Notes under the pieces: model-generated | What the model saw: the letters and a program-made list of their open reading frames with translations, nothing else | Told to the model about the DNA's origin: nothing | Database searches by the model: none | In this document: positions 38,678-49,190 of the stretch, one piece after another | Layout of the letters: each line of letters starts with the position of its first letter | How positions within the stretch are numbered: the first letter of the stretch is position 1 | Assembly (NCBI GenBank): GCA_054600435.1 | Contig: BAAIJX010000017.1 | Location: 310,001-374,000, forward strand | DNA length: 64,000 nucleotides | Source: Neophaeotheca triangularis | Lineage: Eukaryota | Reading direction: 5' to 3' | Program-made: the position numbers and the translations under genes

Positions 38678-39022
38678 ATGAAAACTGTCGCCACGGTCTT
38701 ACCCCTAACCATTGCAGCTGTTGCTGCGACCTTTGCCTCTCCAGTATACACGCCCGATACGATGGGCCTCACATCTACATCCTCTTCAAGGCATGTTGCA
38801 GCGACAACGCTCCTTCCGCTAAGTGACGCGACAACCACAGCCAACCAGGCGAACGATGAGTAGCGCATCCGAGCCTCAGACGGCCAGTGCGTCGCAGTTC
38901 AAGGCTGTGGTTTTGAAGTAGGGGAGAGCCTTGAGAAACGCGCTGCGATCAGTATTCACAAGAGCTGGAGATGTGGGAAGTCGATGTTGGCATTCGCAGG
39001 TGTGGTGCTAGTGGTTTCCTAG
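38678..39022 (+). pseudogene. Paralogue of the Cys-repeat gene interrupted by an in-frame TAG at 38861-38863
   Basis: Signal peptide. After the TAG the same frame reads RIRASDGQCVAVQGCGF..LAFAGVVLVVS*, matching DGKCEELQGCGY and the hydrophobic tail of 36885-37718. Confidence 0.7.
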
Positions 39023-39513
39023 ATGTAGGCGACGATGGAGGGTGCGTGTCTTCCAGTAAGCGACAAGGCGGTCGACACTATTTGAACTCTGTTGAGAGCC
39101 CGGATACTTGATCATGCGAGCGTCGGACTGATTCCAGGAAGTTCTGCGTGTTACTAGCTCGTGTACTATGGCTTCTCGGCTCTCTTTACCTCTAGAACTG
39201 AGCCTGTTAGGATCTCTCTAGTATCTGAATGGACAGGATACAGTGTCCCTATGCAGCTATTGGAAATACGTTGATTGATAAACGATAGTACTTAGGTAGG
39301 ACTCCCCCACGAATGCCCTCTCTCTTTTGAGGATGGGGTGTAGTTGACTTGACATGCCAAGGCTCGAAGAAGGGCGGAACGGCGCCGCCGCTAGCAACGG
39401 CTTGTTGACGTGCAACAAACAAGCCAACTTGAGGCGCATTAATGAATCCCGCCATATGCTACGTTATGCTACAAACCCACGATATCACTCCATTCTCATA
39501 ATCATCAAACGTC

Positions 39514-41727
39514 ATGGCTAGCAGCCCAGCAATCGATTTTTCACTCACGAACGACAGAATGGCCTCTCCAAGTCCTTCAAAGAGGCTGCCATCCAACAAC
39601 ACCCAAAACATGAACAACAACGTAAACACTGGAACTGAGAGCATGCTCGATGTCGACGGGCCTCCCTCTTCGCCATTCCTTTCCGAAGTAAACGACAGCA
39701 GGGTCCCTAGCGGATACTTCAAGTCCACAGACGTCCCAGCTATAGTTGAAGAGAAGGAGAATTTGCTCGACATTCAGTCACCGGAGAAGCCAGACTTCAA
39801 AGCCAGTTCGGTGGTGGTGCACGAGGACAAGGAGAACATGGCAGAGCCGGAACCAACGCTTAGAAAGCTGTTTGCCTCGCCAAAGAAATCGTCCACACCA
39901 GAGCCTCTGTCTGCGCGGAAAGCAGCCACACCCGAGAAGCAATCCGTCAACGGGGACCGTAAGGGTAGCGTAAGCTCGGTTGCCATGCCTCCCCCGTCTA
40001 CTCGCAAGCTCCACTCGACACCAAGAAAGACTCCTCTAAAGGCGTCGAGAAGCGCAGCGAACACTCCTGGCCCACTGAGCCGCGGTAACTCTTACGATGA
40101 AACAACACCACAACAGCAGGTTTCGGCTTTCCAGGCCGGCCTTGACATGCGCGCAGCGGCAATGCCTCCCCAAGATCAGACCAATGTCGATGAGACTTGC
40201 TTCAGCGACTTCTCACAGGTGCCGGATATGACGCTGTTTGCTAAGCTGAGGCAGTCTCCCACCAAACAAGGCGATGTGACACGAACACCTGGCAAGGAAA
40301 ATGTCTCACGTACACCAAGAACCAGCCGCAAGAGGTTGTCATCCTCAAGATCGCCATCGCCTACACCACGCAAGCTCAAGACCCCTTCAGGAGAAAAGGA
40401 CGAGAACACGAGCTTCCTCATCGACTTTACCCAACAATTCGAGTCTGGCCCGAGCCAACATTCAGGCCGCGCTGCTTCCCCTGCCAAATCCGCAACACAA
40501 CCTAATCTGCTGCAATACATCAACGATCAGCGCTCTCCCGGGAAGTCGGCCTCACGCCAGAGCTACGCAACGCCCCAAAAGCAGTCGAACATCATGAATC
40601 TGCTAGACTTTGAGCTGCCTCCCGCGCCAACTCCACGCAGTATCCCTACCATTACGGTCCGCGAACTGGAATCTCTCAAGTCTTCATACCTCTCACAAAT
40701 CTCTTCTCTCAAGGCCAATCTTTCAGGCCGCGAAGCGGAAGTCGAAAGTCTGAAACGCGCTGTTGCGGACGCAGAGCGACGTTCTGGTGAGGCGCAAGAG
40801 TCACTGCGTGAAGAGAGATGCAAGCGCGAGCATGTCGAGGAGGAGAAGGCAAGCTGGGAGAAGCGCGGTCAGGAAGTGGAGGTTGTGCTCAAGAACGTCA
40901 AGAATGAGGTCATGAAGGGCGAGGCTGAGAAAGACGAGATGAGACGACGGATCGAAGATGATGAGCGCAAGATTGAGGAGGCTGAGGAGAGGGCCGTCAA
41001 AGCCGAGGAGCGCTTTGCCGATGCACTCGCTGCCCGTGCCGATGCTGGTGATGGCGGTAACGCATCTGCTACGGAGGAACAAGTTCAACGACTCGTGGCT
41101 GCGCAAATCGACGCGAAGATCGAAGCTGTCAGCAGGGAGTTGCACGCCGTCTACAAAGAGAAGCACGAGCGCAAGGTCGCTACCCTGAAAAAGAGCTACG
41201 AGGCTAGATCCGAGAAGAAGTTGGCGGAGCTTCAATCCAAGTTGGCGCAACTGGAGACCGAAAAGGACGAGCTCGTTGGCGCTAAGGACGCAACATCATC
41301 TGGACCTGTGCAAGCGCGCGACGATTCCGAACTTAAAGCCGAGCTCGAATCCCAACGCGCCCATCTTGCACGACTCGAGAGCGAGCTCCAAAGCTCACAC
41401 ACCCAGCAAGAGCACCTTGTGCGCGAGCTTAAGCAGGAGCGTATCGAGAAGGGCGACTTGGTGGCCGCGGTGGACGAGATGCTGGCCGTGCAGAACGATC
41501 TCGGCAGCGACGGGGCCCCTGCCACTCCAGCGAAAATGCAAGGGGCAATGTCAGCGGTGGAGGATTTCAGAAAATCCATCAGCAGGCCCAGTGGCCTGAA
41601 GCCTCCTGGCGAAAGTAAGATTGGAAGGGGCATTCCGCCTCCTGGTGCTGTTGCTAAGAACGCTGGTGGCGGTAAGAGTCGCATGTTGGCGAACATTGAG
41701 AGGATGGGTAGGAAAGGCGGCGAATAG
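39514..41727 (+). CDS. Coiled-coil spindle/kinetochore protein, fungal TACC/Slk19-like
   Basis: SP/TP-rich disordered N-half, PAPTPRSIPTITVRELESLKS, and VSRELHAVYKEKHERKVATLKKSYEAR within the coiled coil. Confidence 0.7.
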   Translation: MASSPAIDFSLTNDRMASPSPSKRLPSNNTQNMNNNVNTGTESMLDVDGPPSSPFLSEVNDSRVPSGYFKSTDVPAIVEEKENLLDIQSPEKPDFKASSVVVHEDKENMAEPEPTLRKLFASPKKSSTPEPLSARKAATPEKQSVNGDRKGSVSSVAMPPPSTRKLHSTPRKTPLKASRSAANTPGPLSRGNSYDETTPQQQVSAFQAGLDMRAAAMPPQDQTNVDETCFSDFSQVPDMTLFAKLRQSPTKQGDVTRTPGKENVSRTPRTSRKRLSSSRSPSPTPRKLKTPSGEKDENTSFLIDFTQQFESGPSQHSGRAASPAKSATQPNLLQYINDQRSPGKSASRQSYATPQKQSNIMNLLDFELPPAPTPRSIPTITVRELESLKSSYLSQISSLKANLSGREAEVESLKRAVADAERRSGEAQESLREERCKREHVEEEKASWEKRGQEVEVVLKNVKNEVMKGEAEKDEMRRRIEDDERKIEEAEERAVKAEERFADALAARADAGDGGNASATEEQVQRLVAAQIDAKIEAVSRELHAVYKEKHERKVATLKKSYEARSEKKLAELQSKLAQLETEKDELVGAKDATSSGPVQARDDSELKAELESQRAHLARLESELQSSHTQQEHLVRELKQERIEKGDLVAAVDEMLAVQNDLGSDGAPATPAKMQGAMSAVEDFRKSISRPSGLKPPGESKIGRGIPPPGAVAKNAGGGKSRMLANIERMGRKGGE

Positions 41728-42187
41728 AGCGGAGGCTTCTCTTTTATGTTATGAAAGATGTTTTCGTTGAACTCGCAAAAGGGCGTTGGAAAGGCGTGGG
41801 ATCAAGTGACGACTCTGCAGGGAGAGTTGGGTATTGCTCAGGGTGTACAACGGCAGAGCTATGTTTTTCTCTTTTTACTTGATCGACGAAGAAATGCATC
41901 GCTTTACACACGTACCCGCGCAGGTGATCGGCTATTCGGTTCCTTTTGCAAGTGTCTTCGTACTTTGTTTACACCAGATAGCCTCGCGCTGCGGTAGCCT
42001 CTTCCCACTGGGCAAAAGACACTCACTACAGAATAGCCGCCACGCTGCCTACACCACGGCCAACCCCGGACAACACTAACCATCAGCAGCGACCACGCCG
42101 CTAACCCTGCGACCGCTCCGCTCCCAGTCAGCGAAGGCTCGCTCCCACCAAACGTGCCCGAAGCTTCTTCGTTTTAATGCTCACTCT

Positions 42188-42236
42188 GAGAAGACTCGCT
42201 CGGAGAAGACTCGCTCGGAGAAGACTCGCTCGGAGA
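42188..42236 (+). repeat. 15-bp tandem repeat (GAGAAGACTCGCTCG) x3
   Basis: Three perfect copies plus GAGA, intergenic. Confidence 0.9.
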
Positions 42237-42981
42237 GACCAAACTGTCTCTCAACCTCATGCGACAAATTTGCATGGACGATTGACTGCCAAATCCGCGC
42301 GTCGTCCAATGTATCATTTGCACCCGACTCAGCGCATCCTCACTCACATAGCGTCATACCTCGACAGCGTAAGCAGGCTCGTCGTGGTAAAAGGTGGTCT
42401 CGCGGCCCCGGTATTCGGATGGGTGTCAGCTGGTGCGTCGCCAGCAATGTTGTTTTGCGATTTTGGCAGAATTGGGGCGTCGTCATATAACCGGGTTGGT
42501 TGGGAGTAGTCGCAGTTTGAACTTTCGTAAATCCTCGTTTATTGTGAACACATACTTGCTAGACGAGCTTACGGCGCTCTAAATACAGGCGTCTTTCCGT
42601 GCTGCTTCGTAATGGAAGTGTGTCGTCTACCTTGCCCACCTTGCGAGGGAGCGTTTGAGGCTCTGCTCTGAGCCTACTGTAGCTCACAAAAAGTGGTGAA
42701 GCCCAAGGGGTACGAGAGAATCGAACATCCACCTCTTGTGGTGCTCGTCCTTGTCGCGTAGCAACATTAGCTTCAGTATTTCTTCGCCTACTCGAGAAGC
42801 GAAAAGCGATACAAGGGACGCGTGATGCATGAGTTGACAAAGGTCACTGTTTGAAGAATCTCGCTGAGGTGCCGTCTTTCGTCATCTCTCGAGTGCACGG
42901 ACCATCACCTCCCTCCAGCTTCAACTCCAACCTTTATGACTTTCCACTCTCCCAATCAAACACAGCCGCACACCCACCACC

Positions 42982-43980
42982 ATGGGACTCTCAGACTACC
43001 TCGCGCAGAAATACCTCTCCACAGACACCAAAGCCTCCAAAAAGCGCAAAAGAAAGGACAAAGCAGCCGAAGGTCTCACTCTAGCCGAAGACGACACCCA
43101 AATCCAGCAAACGCAAGCCGACGACGACGACGACGACGACGAAGCGCCAACAGTAGTCGCCTCCGGGAAACTCTCCGCCGGGCTCAACAAAGCCAGCAAA
43201 AAAGCCAAATGGATCAAAGTCGGCACCTCGGCGCCCACCAACAGCGACCAAGCAGCCGCCGACGCCATTCTCGCCGACGCGGCCGCGGAGCAGAAGCAAC
43301 GCGCCCAAGACGACGAGGATGCGCCTGCGTATGTGGATGACCGGGGCGCGGAAGCTGAAGGTCCCACGATGCAGAATGGTGCCATGGCCGGTTTGCAGAG
43401 CGCCGAGCAGGTCACGGCTGCGCTGAAGAGGAAGGAGAGGGCTGAGCGCAAGGCTATGAAGGAGGCGGGCTTGGATGCTGGGGGCAAGGCGCAGGAGACG
43501 ATTTACCGTGATGCTTCGGGTAGGATTCTGAATGTGGAGAAGATGCGGGCGGAGATGAAGGACAAGGCGGATGAAGAGGAGCGGAAGAAGGCGGCGGAGG
43601 TCGAGGCTGCCAAGGGTGATGTGCAGAGGCGCGAGAAGGAGGAGCGGAGGCAGGAGTTGTTGGAGGCGAAGGTTATGCCATTTGCGAGGGGCAAGGATGA
43701 TGCCAAGATGAATCAGAAGTTGAAGGAGGTGGAGCGGTGGAATGATCCCATGGCTAAGATGTTGGGGACGAAGTCTGGCAAAGGCAAGGGTAAGAAGGGG
43801 AAGGCGAGTAGTGGCAAGACGTATCAGGGTCCTTCTGAGCCGAACCGCTATGCAATTAAGCCTGGATGGAGGTGGGACGGTGTGGATAGGGGTAATGGGT
43901 TCGAGAGGAAGTGGTTCGCGGCTAGAGCGAATAAGAGTAACAGAGAGGAGCTTGAGTATATGTGGCAGATGGATGAGTAA
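42982..43980 (+). CDS. BUD13: RES complex splicing factor Bud13/Cwc26
   Basis: LSDYLAQKYL, ETIYRDASGR, RWNDPM, NRYAIKPGWRWDGVDRGNGFERKWF. Confidence 0.93.
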   Translation: MGLSDYLAQKYLSTDTKASKKRKRKDKAAEGLTLAEDDTQIQQTQADDDDDDDEAPTVVASGKLSAGLNKASKKAKWIKVGTSAPTNSDQAAADAILADAAAEQKQRAQDDEDAPAYVDDRGAEAEGPTMQNGAMAGLQSAEQVTAALKRKERAERKAMKEAGLDAGGKAQETIYRDASGRILNVEKMRAEMKDKADEEERKKAAEVEAAKGDVQRREKEERRQELLEAKVMPFARGKDDAKMNQKLKEVERWNDPMAKMLGTKSGKGKGKKGKASSGKTYQGPSEPNRYAIKPGWRWDGVDRGNGFERKWFAARANKSNREELEYMWQMDE

Positions 43981-44480
43981 GGCGTGATAGGGTGTCAGTG
44001 CATGGCAGCGTTCTTAGCGAGGAGTTTGGCACGGGTCAGGATTTATTCATAGGAAACGTGGGATGTGATGGTTTTCCAAGAGTGCGCGCAGCTACGTGGG
44101 TAACGCAGCGATATGGGCCTGTTGCACTATCGCAAATAATGTGCACGATTATGCGCATCAACATTCAAGGCCCCTGATGAGTTTGGCTGTTGTAAGCGCT
44201 GTCGAAGACCTAGGCGGCTTCAGCATGAAACTCAATCCAGCTTTGCTCTTGCTACTACGTGGTATCTTCGTATGCCCATACTCCCCTTCATGCCATCGAG
44301 ACTCTCAGTGTCAATGGAGGAAACGAACCAAGCTGGCTCGCACCCGCTTTCAAAGCCCATATCCCTAGCTCAAAAACGCCCCCAGCCCCGATGAACCCAT
44401 CCAGCAAAAACGCCATCATAATCTCATCCCTGCAAGCACAATCCCAACCACACCAACAGCCCCTATCCCCCTGCAACTTC

Positions 44481-45081
44481 CTACACGCCCTCAGCCTCAG
44501 CCTCCCGACTCCCCACAGCCACCAACCTCCCAACAACCAAATACTTCTCAGCAAACCGCTCCTCCCAGCCCCTAAGCGCCTCCATCTCCTCAGCCCCCAA
44601 ATCCTCCAACTTATCCAACGGCCCGCGCAAATCCCCCGTCAACATGTCCGGGTCGAAACTGCCGCACGCCAAACCCCTGCTGGCATCGCGACCGGCGAAA
44701 TTCGCGTACGGGCCGCCGGGGCCGTAGAAATTCCTGCCCGGCGTGACGTCGAAGACGCGACCGCGCACGGCGAGGTAGACGGGGGCGTTGTCGACGCCGT
44801 TGTTGGGCTGCAGCGTCACGGGCGTGAAGGTCTTGAAGACGGTTGGGGGTGGTGGGGTCGGGAGGACTGGGGCGGAGCTCGGGCGCAGCCGCGTGTACAG
44901 GAGGATGAGGGTGAGGGTTAGGAGGAGGAGGTTTAGGGGGGTTGCTATTGTGGTGCTGGGTTGGGGCGTGTTAGTTGGTTGGGGTGCTGGTGGGTGGTTT
45001 TCGGCGCGGTGCGTTGGGTTTGGGGTGTGAGGGTGCTTACGCTTGCGCTGCTGGGGGGGTTTGGGGTTCGGGGTTGTCCAT
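44481..45081 (-). CDS. DAP1: Membrane-associated heme/steroid-binding protein Dap1/PGRMC1-like (intron 44956-45040; 171 aa)
   Basis: N-terminal TM segment, then VYLAVRGRVFDVTPGRNFYGPGGPYANFAGRDASRGLA and W..RF..KY.VVG. Confidence 0.9.
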
Positions 45082-45659
45082 GTTTGCGCTCGTGGTGCGA
45101 GGTTTGATGGGCTGGTTGGTTTGGAGTGTTCAGCCTGATCTCACTTTTGCTCGTGGTGAGCCGTTTGTGGGGAAGTGTTTGATTGATCGGAATACACGGT
45201 AGGGTAGGGTAGATTGAAGCTGAAGTTGCCTACTTGATCGACGTTGCTGACTGTTCACTTACACGCCGTGGGTGGACGTGCCAAGAGCCCCACTCGGTAC
45301 ATGGTTCATATGCATTGTCGGTATACCTAGCGAGTCAATTACAGTGTTGTTGGAAGTGTTGCAACGTTGGTGTCTCAACTTGACATGGTGGTTGGAGTTG
45401 GTATCGATATTCAATACTGGTGACTGCATTGGTTACAGGCCGGCTGCCCGTGCCCTGCCAATAACGACCCGTATCTCTTCTCTCTATGCTCCCCCTCTAA
45501 TTTAACCGCTGTATATGAACATTTCCTTTGTAAGCACATGCACATGAGGTATCCAACGATGCAGCCCCACCCAGCCCGAAAGAGAGCCCATGAAACCCCC
45601 CTTACGCCGACCGTGAGCCCCCACCCACCGCATCCAAAGTTTCAAACATTATAAGCAAA

Positions 45660-48600
45660 TCACCCAGGCCGCCTAAAAGCCTCCACCCCCAACGTAGGCG
45701 TCTCCACAGCCTTGTTATCCGGCGCGCCTTCATTCTTCCTCCGGTCGAAAAACGCCTGGCACTCGCCGACAACGACGTTCCACTCCGCCAACGCCCGCCC
45801 GCAGTACCGGGCATGCGTTCTGCTGGCACCCTTCGGCTCAACAGCGCGCATAAAGCTCGCAGCATCGGCGCCTTCCATGTCCGAGTTGGCTTGCAGAAAC
45901 TGCTGCGCAGCGAGCGGTAAGCGCGGCGGGAGCAGACGCATTGGCGGCGGAGGCACTTTGCTCACGGGGTAAGTGTCCAGAGAGAATTTGAAAGAAGAGG
46001 GGCGGTGCTGGCTTTGTTGTGGTTTAGCGGGCTGTGTCGCTGCCGAGGCTCGCTCGCGGGGAATAGAGCCGTCGGCTGTTGCGGAGCGGGTGAGTGATGG
46101 TCGTGAGGTGGGCATGTGTGGTACGGCCTCGGACTCTGCTTGCGCGCGTGCTTCTGCGGGACCTTGGGAGCGCGAGCGGGATTTGGAGCGCGCTCCGGAG
46201 CCGATGAAGCTGCGGATGAAGCCTCTGATGCCTCGTTCGTTGTCTGGTTCTGGTTCTGCCTGTGGTTCTGGCGAGAGCATAGGGTCTCTTTTCTTCGGTG
46301 GCCGCGTTGTAGTCGGGCTGCTGGGAGAAGTAATAGCCCCGTCGAAGGAAAAGAAAGAAGCTTGCGGCACTAGTGTCTTGTCTGTCTTGATAATTAGCAG
46401 CCTACGTCCAGGCGCTGGATTACAAGGGTTTGTCGGCGGCGGCACTCCCTCCGTATTGTCAGCCTCCCTTCTCAACCAGAGATAGTAAGACCAGCTCAAT
46501 TGTAACCTTTCGAGTGTCGTCTCGTAAATGTGACGGTCTCCAGACTGCTCCTCGCCGTCGAATCTACCGACACGCCAGCAGAGCAAACGCATATAGTACG
46601 CGCGGACCATGGGACACCAGTGGTTGAAGCGGCTATCGAAGACTTCGGGATCCAGCAGCAAGCCCAGGCATAGGTCGGACTTCCGCCCAAGATCACAAAC
46701 CACCGTGTTCCAGATCGTGTACAGGAAAGTATAGAGTCTGACCTCAGTGACAGTGTTTTCGGCGTCAATGATTCTTCGGCAAACGGTCTGCCAGAACTCT
46801 GAATTTATGAGGGTTCCTCGGCCTTCATTGAACTGTTCGAAGCGTACAAGGATTGGCAGAGCCTCTTCCAGAAAGTCGATCAGTGTATAGCACGCAGCAT
46901 GATCGTATGCCCCCGTGCCTCGTGCAGCAGCTTGCATGATATCATTAAAAGACTCGGCGAACAAAAGACGTGCCGCGGGATACTCGCTGGCTCTGTCGGC
47001 GAGGAAGTCCCTAATCAGCATGATGGTGCGGTTCTCGGACATGAGGCGCACCGCATTCATAGGAGGCAGTGGCATGGCTGAGGCCATCGCATCAGGGTCG
47101 GCCAGGATATCGTCAAAAGTTGACGAGGCACTGGGCGCCTCTAGGAGCGGTTTGGCCTCGCGGTGAATGACGGAATCGAGATTGGTGAGTAGCTGTGCAT
47201 GGACTAATGGCATACCTGGAGCGCACATTCGCTCTTTCTTGGTAGTGTTCTCAGGCAGGAAGTCGGTGACGAGTATGTGATAGTGCTTAGCAAAGACGTA
47301 GAAAAGGTCACTTTCCCGTCCAGCCCAACGATCCAGCCATTGACCCCACCACTCTATGTTGTTCGTACCCAGGGGCAATTGCGGCCTCGTCCTGAGAGTA
47401 CGCATGAGTTTCGCCAGTGATGTAAAGCCCAGCCCGTGCAACGGCGGGGGAAAGTTGGAAACTATGCCATCGGAGACCTCCTGGAGCTTGTCGAACTTGC
47501 CGATGCCATCCTCGTGTAGTATCCTTCGTAGACTTTCTGGTTGTAAATCCCACAGGCGGACCAGTATATCCGCCATGCCGGGTACGAACATGAAAGCGTA
47601 GGCACAGGCTTTGCCGCAAAAGCTGACAAGACTGGCTGCCGCATTTCTCATCGACATCTTATCCACGACAAACGCCATTTGTGCGCTCAAGTTCTGGACA
47701 AAAAGATTCTTCACATTGTGGTGGACCGATTCCGTCAAGAATTCGGAAGCGTTTGAGCTCAGAGATGTCGTTGAGCGATTGCCGGGTGTCGTAGATCCTC
47801 TTGTGTGAATAGGGCTAAAGGGCGAAGGGGCCTGCCGCCATTCCGGTCGATCCATGATACCAGAGATGGCGTCCAAAATCGCAGGCCTGTCTGTCCCGGA
47901 AATTGACTGATTGTTGCGTCCATGTAACATCTCGATCAAGCCCGTCCACCATCTATTGAGAATGACAGCCCGTCGGTCGAGGTCTTCTGGTCGAAGTGCC
48001 GTGTTTGACGGGTGCTGAGCGTAGTTTCTCAGAAAGGGAAGTAGGCCAGAGCGTACCACGTTCGACTTGAAAGGCAGCGACTTGGAGGAGAATTTGGTAT
48101 AGTCCCCATCAAGACCTCGGAAAACGTTCCAAAGTTCGTCGCGTTTTCTCGCGGGGCCGATGCCACCAGTACCATTTCTCTCCGAAGACAGTAATCTTGG
48201 CATGGGAGCAGGGCGCTCGTCTGCAGTTGTTTGTGTTCGGTAGGTGGGTAAGCGATCCGTTGAGAAAGATTTCGGTAGGCTGGGTAGCGCGGGTATCGGT
48301 GAGCGCCCCTCGTTGATGCCAGAGGATTTCAGCAACCCGCTGACTGGCTTCGTAACTCTTCTCAGGGTGGATGCCCGGCGAGGCGGTGGCCTTGCGGGAC
48401 GTTGCTCGTCCTGTGCTGGAGCGACATGATGCGTTGCAGGCCTCTCAAAGTCCGTCGACGGCTTGCCAGAATCTCTCCGCTTTGCAACAGACCTAGAACG
48501 GGATGCACCGACTGCTGGAGGTGCTGGGCAAGAGTCTGTGCCGACTTGGTATGGCCGGATCGTTGTTTCTTGCTGGGGCGGCGGCGGCGACGGCGACCTG

Positions 48601-49190
48601 GAGGGTGTGGAGGGTGATGAAGGCGCGTTCTTCCCACTAAATCGCCGGGAAAAAGAAGAATACGAAGGTCCTCGCGTTCTCGTGCGTTCGGGGGGTGAAG
48701 TGACTGCAGGTCTGGAGGAATCGGAACTAGTGCTCTGTTCACTCGTGGGTGCGATTGCTTCGTCTTCGGAGGGCTTGGCAAGCCGTTGGACCACGATCTT
48801 GGGGCTCTTTTGTAGCTCAGCAATTAACTCGCGAGCGGTATCCGCCGGCACTTTGGGCTCATGTTCGAGCTCATCAGGCGTTGTACACTCGGAAGAGTCT
48901 GGAGCTGAGGCGTCTGTTCCAGAATCGGAAGGAGCGATGAGGTCGGCTTCGGAGAAACTGCCCTTGATGGTGACCATGCCCGGACTTGCTGCGTACGCCG
49001 AAACCTTTGCGGCGGGAAGGTAGGTGTAGGAAGCTGAGCGTGGCATGTCTGAAAGCCGGGGCGACTGCGGCGGACTGCGAAGCTCGATACCAGTCGTATC
49101 GGCTGCAGATGTTGTTGTCGACTTCCTCCGCATCTCCTTTGCCCGCTCTACGCTGGCAGCGTCAAAGTAGCCCGACATTGTCTCGATCAT
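45660..49190 (-). CDS. DUF1765 / UPF0592 (Ahk1-like) protein
   Basis: RRAVILNRWWTGL, F.HWCPMVRAYYMRLLCWR, Y.GRALAEW..VV.EC..F..RR..EG..VETP.L. Confidence 0.8.
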   Translation of the reverse strand: MIETMSGYFDAASVERAKEMRRKSTTTSAADTTGIELRSPPQSPRLSDMPRSASYTYLPAAKVSAYAASPGMVTIKGSFSEADLIAPSDSGTDASAPDSSECTTPDELEHEPKVPADTARELIAELQKSPKIVVQRLAKPSEDEAIAPTSEQSTSSDSSRPAVTSPPERTRTRGPSYSSFSRRFSGKNAPSSPSTPSRSPSPPPPQQETTIRPYQVGTDSCPAPPAVGASRSRSVAKRRDSGKPSTDFERPATHHVAPAQDEQRPARPPPRRASTLRRVTKPVSGLLKSSGINEGRSPIPALPSLPKSFSTDRLPTYRTQTTADERPAPMPRLLSSERNGTGGIGPARKRDELWNVFRGLDGDYTKFSSKSLPFKSNVVRSGLLPFLRNYAQHPSNTALRPEDLDRRAVILNRWWTGLIEMLHGRNNQSISGTDRPAILDAISGIMDRPEWRQAPSPFSPIHTRGSTTPGNRSTTSLSSNASEFLTESVHHNVKNLFVQNLSAQMAFVVDKMSMRNAAASLVSFCGKACAYAFMFVPGMADILVRLWDLQPESLRRILHEDGIGKFDKLQEVSDGIVSNFPPPLHGLGFTSLAKLMRTLRTRPQLPLGTNNIEWWGQWLDRWAGRESDLFYVFAKHYHILVTDFLPENTTKKERMCAPGMPLVHAQLLTNLDSVIHREAKPLLEAPSASSTFDDILADPDAMASAMPLPPMNAVRLMSENRTIMLIRDFLADRASEYPAARLLFAESFNDIMQAAARGTGAYDHAACYTLIDFLEEALPILVRFEQFNEGRGTLINSEFWQTVCRRIIDAENTVTEVRLYTFLYTIWNTVVCDLGRKSDLCLGLLLDPEVFDSRFNHWCPMVRAYYMRLLCWRVGRFDGEEQSGDRHIYETTLERLQLSWSYYLWLRREADNTEGVPPPTNPCNPAPGRRLLIIKTDKTLVPQASFFSFDGAITSPSSPTTTRPPKKRDPMLSPEPQAEPEPDNERGIRGFIRSFIGSGARSKSRSRSQGPAEARAQAESEAVPHMPTSRPSLTRSATADGSIPRERASAATQPAKPQQSQHRPSSFKFSLDTYPVSKVPPPPMRLLPPRLPLAAQQFLQANSDMEGADAASFMRAVEPKGASRTHARYCGRALAEWNVVVGECQAFFDRRKNEGAPDNKAVETPTLGVEAFRRPG

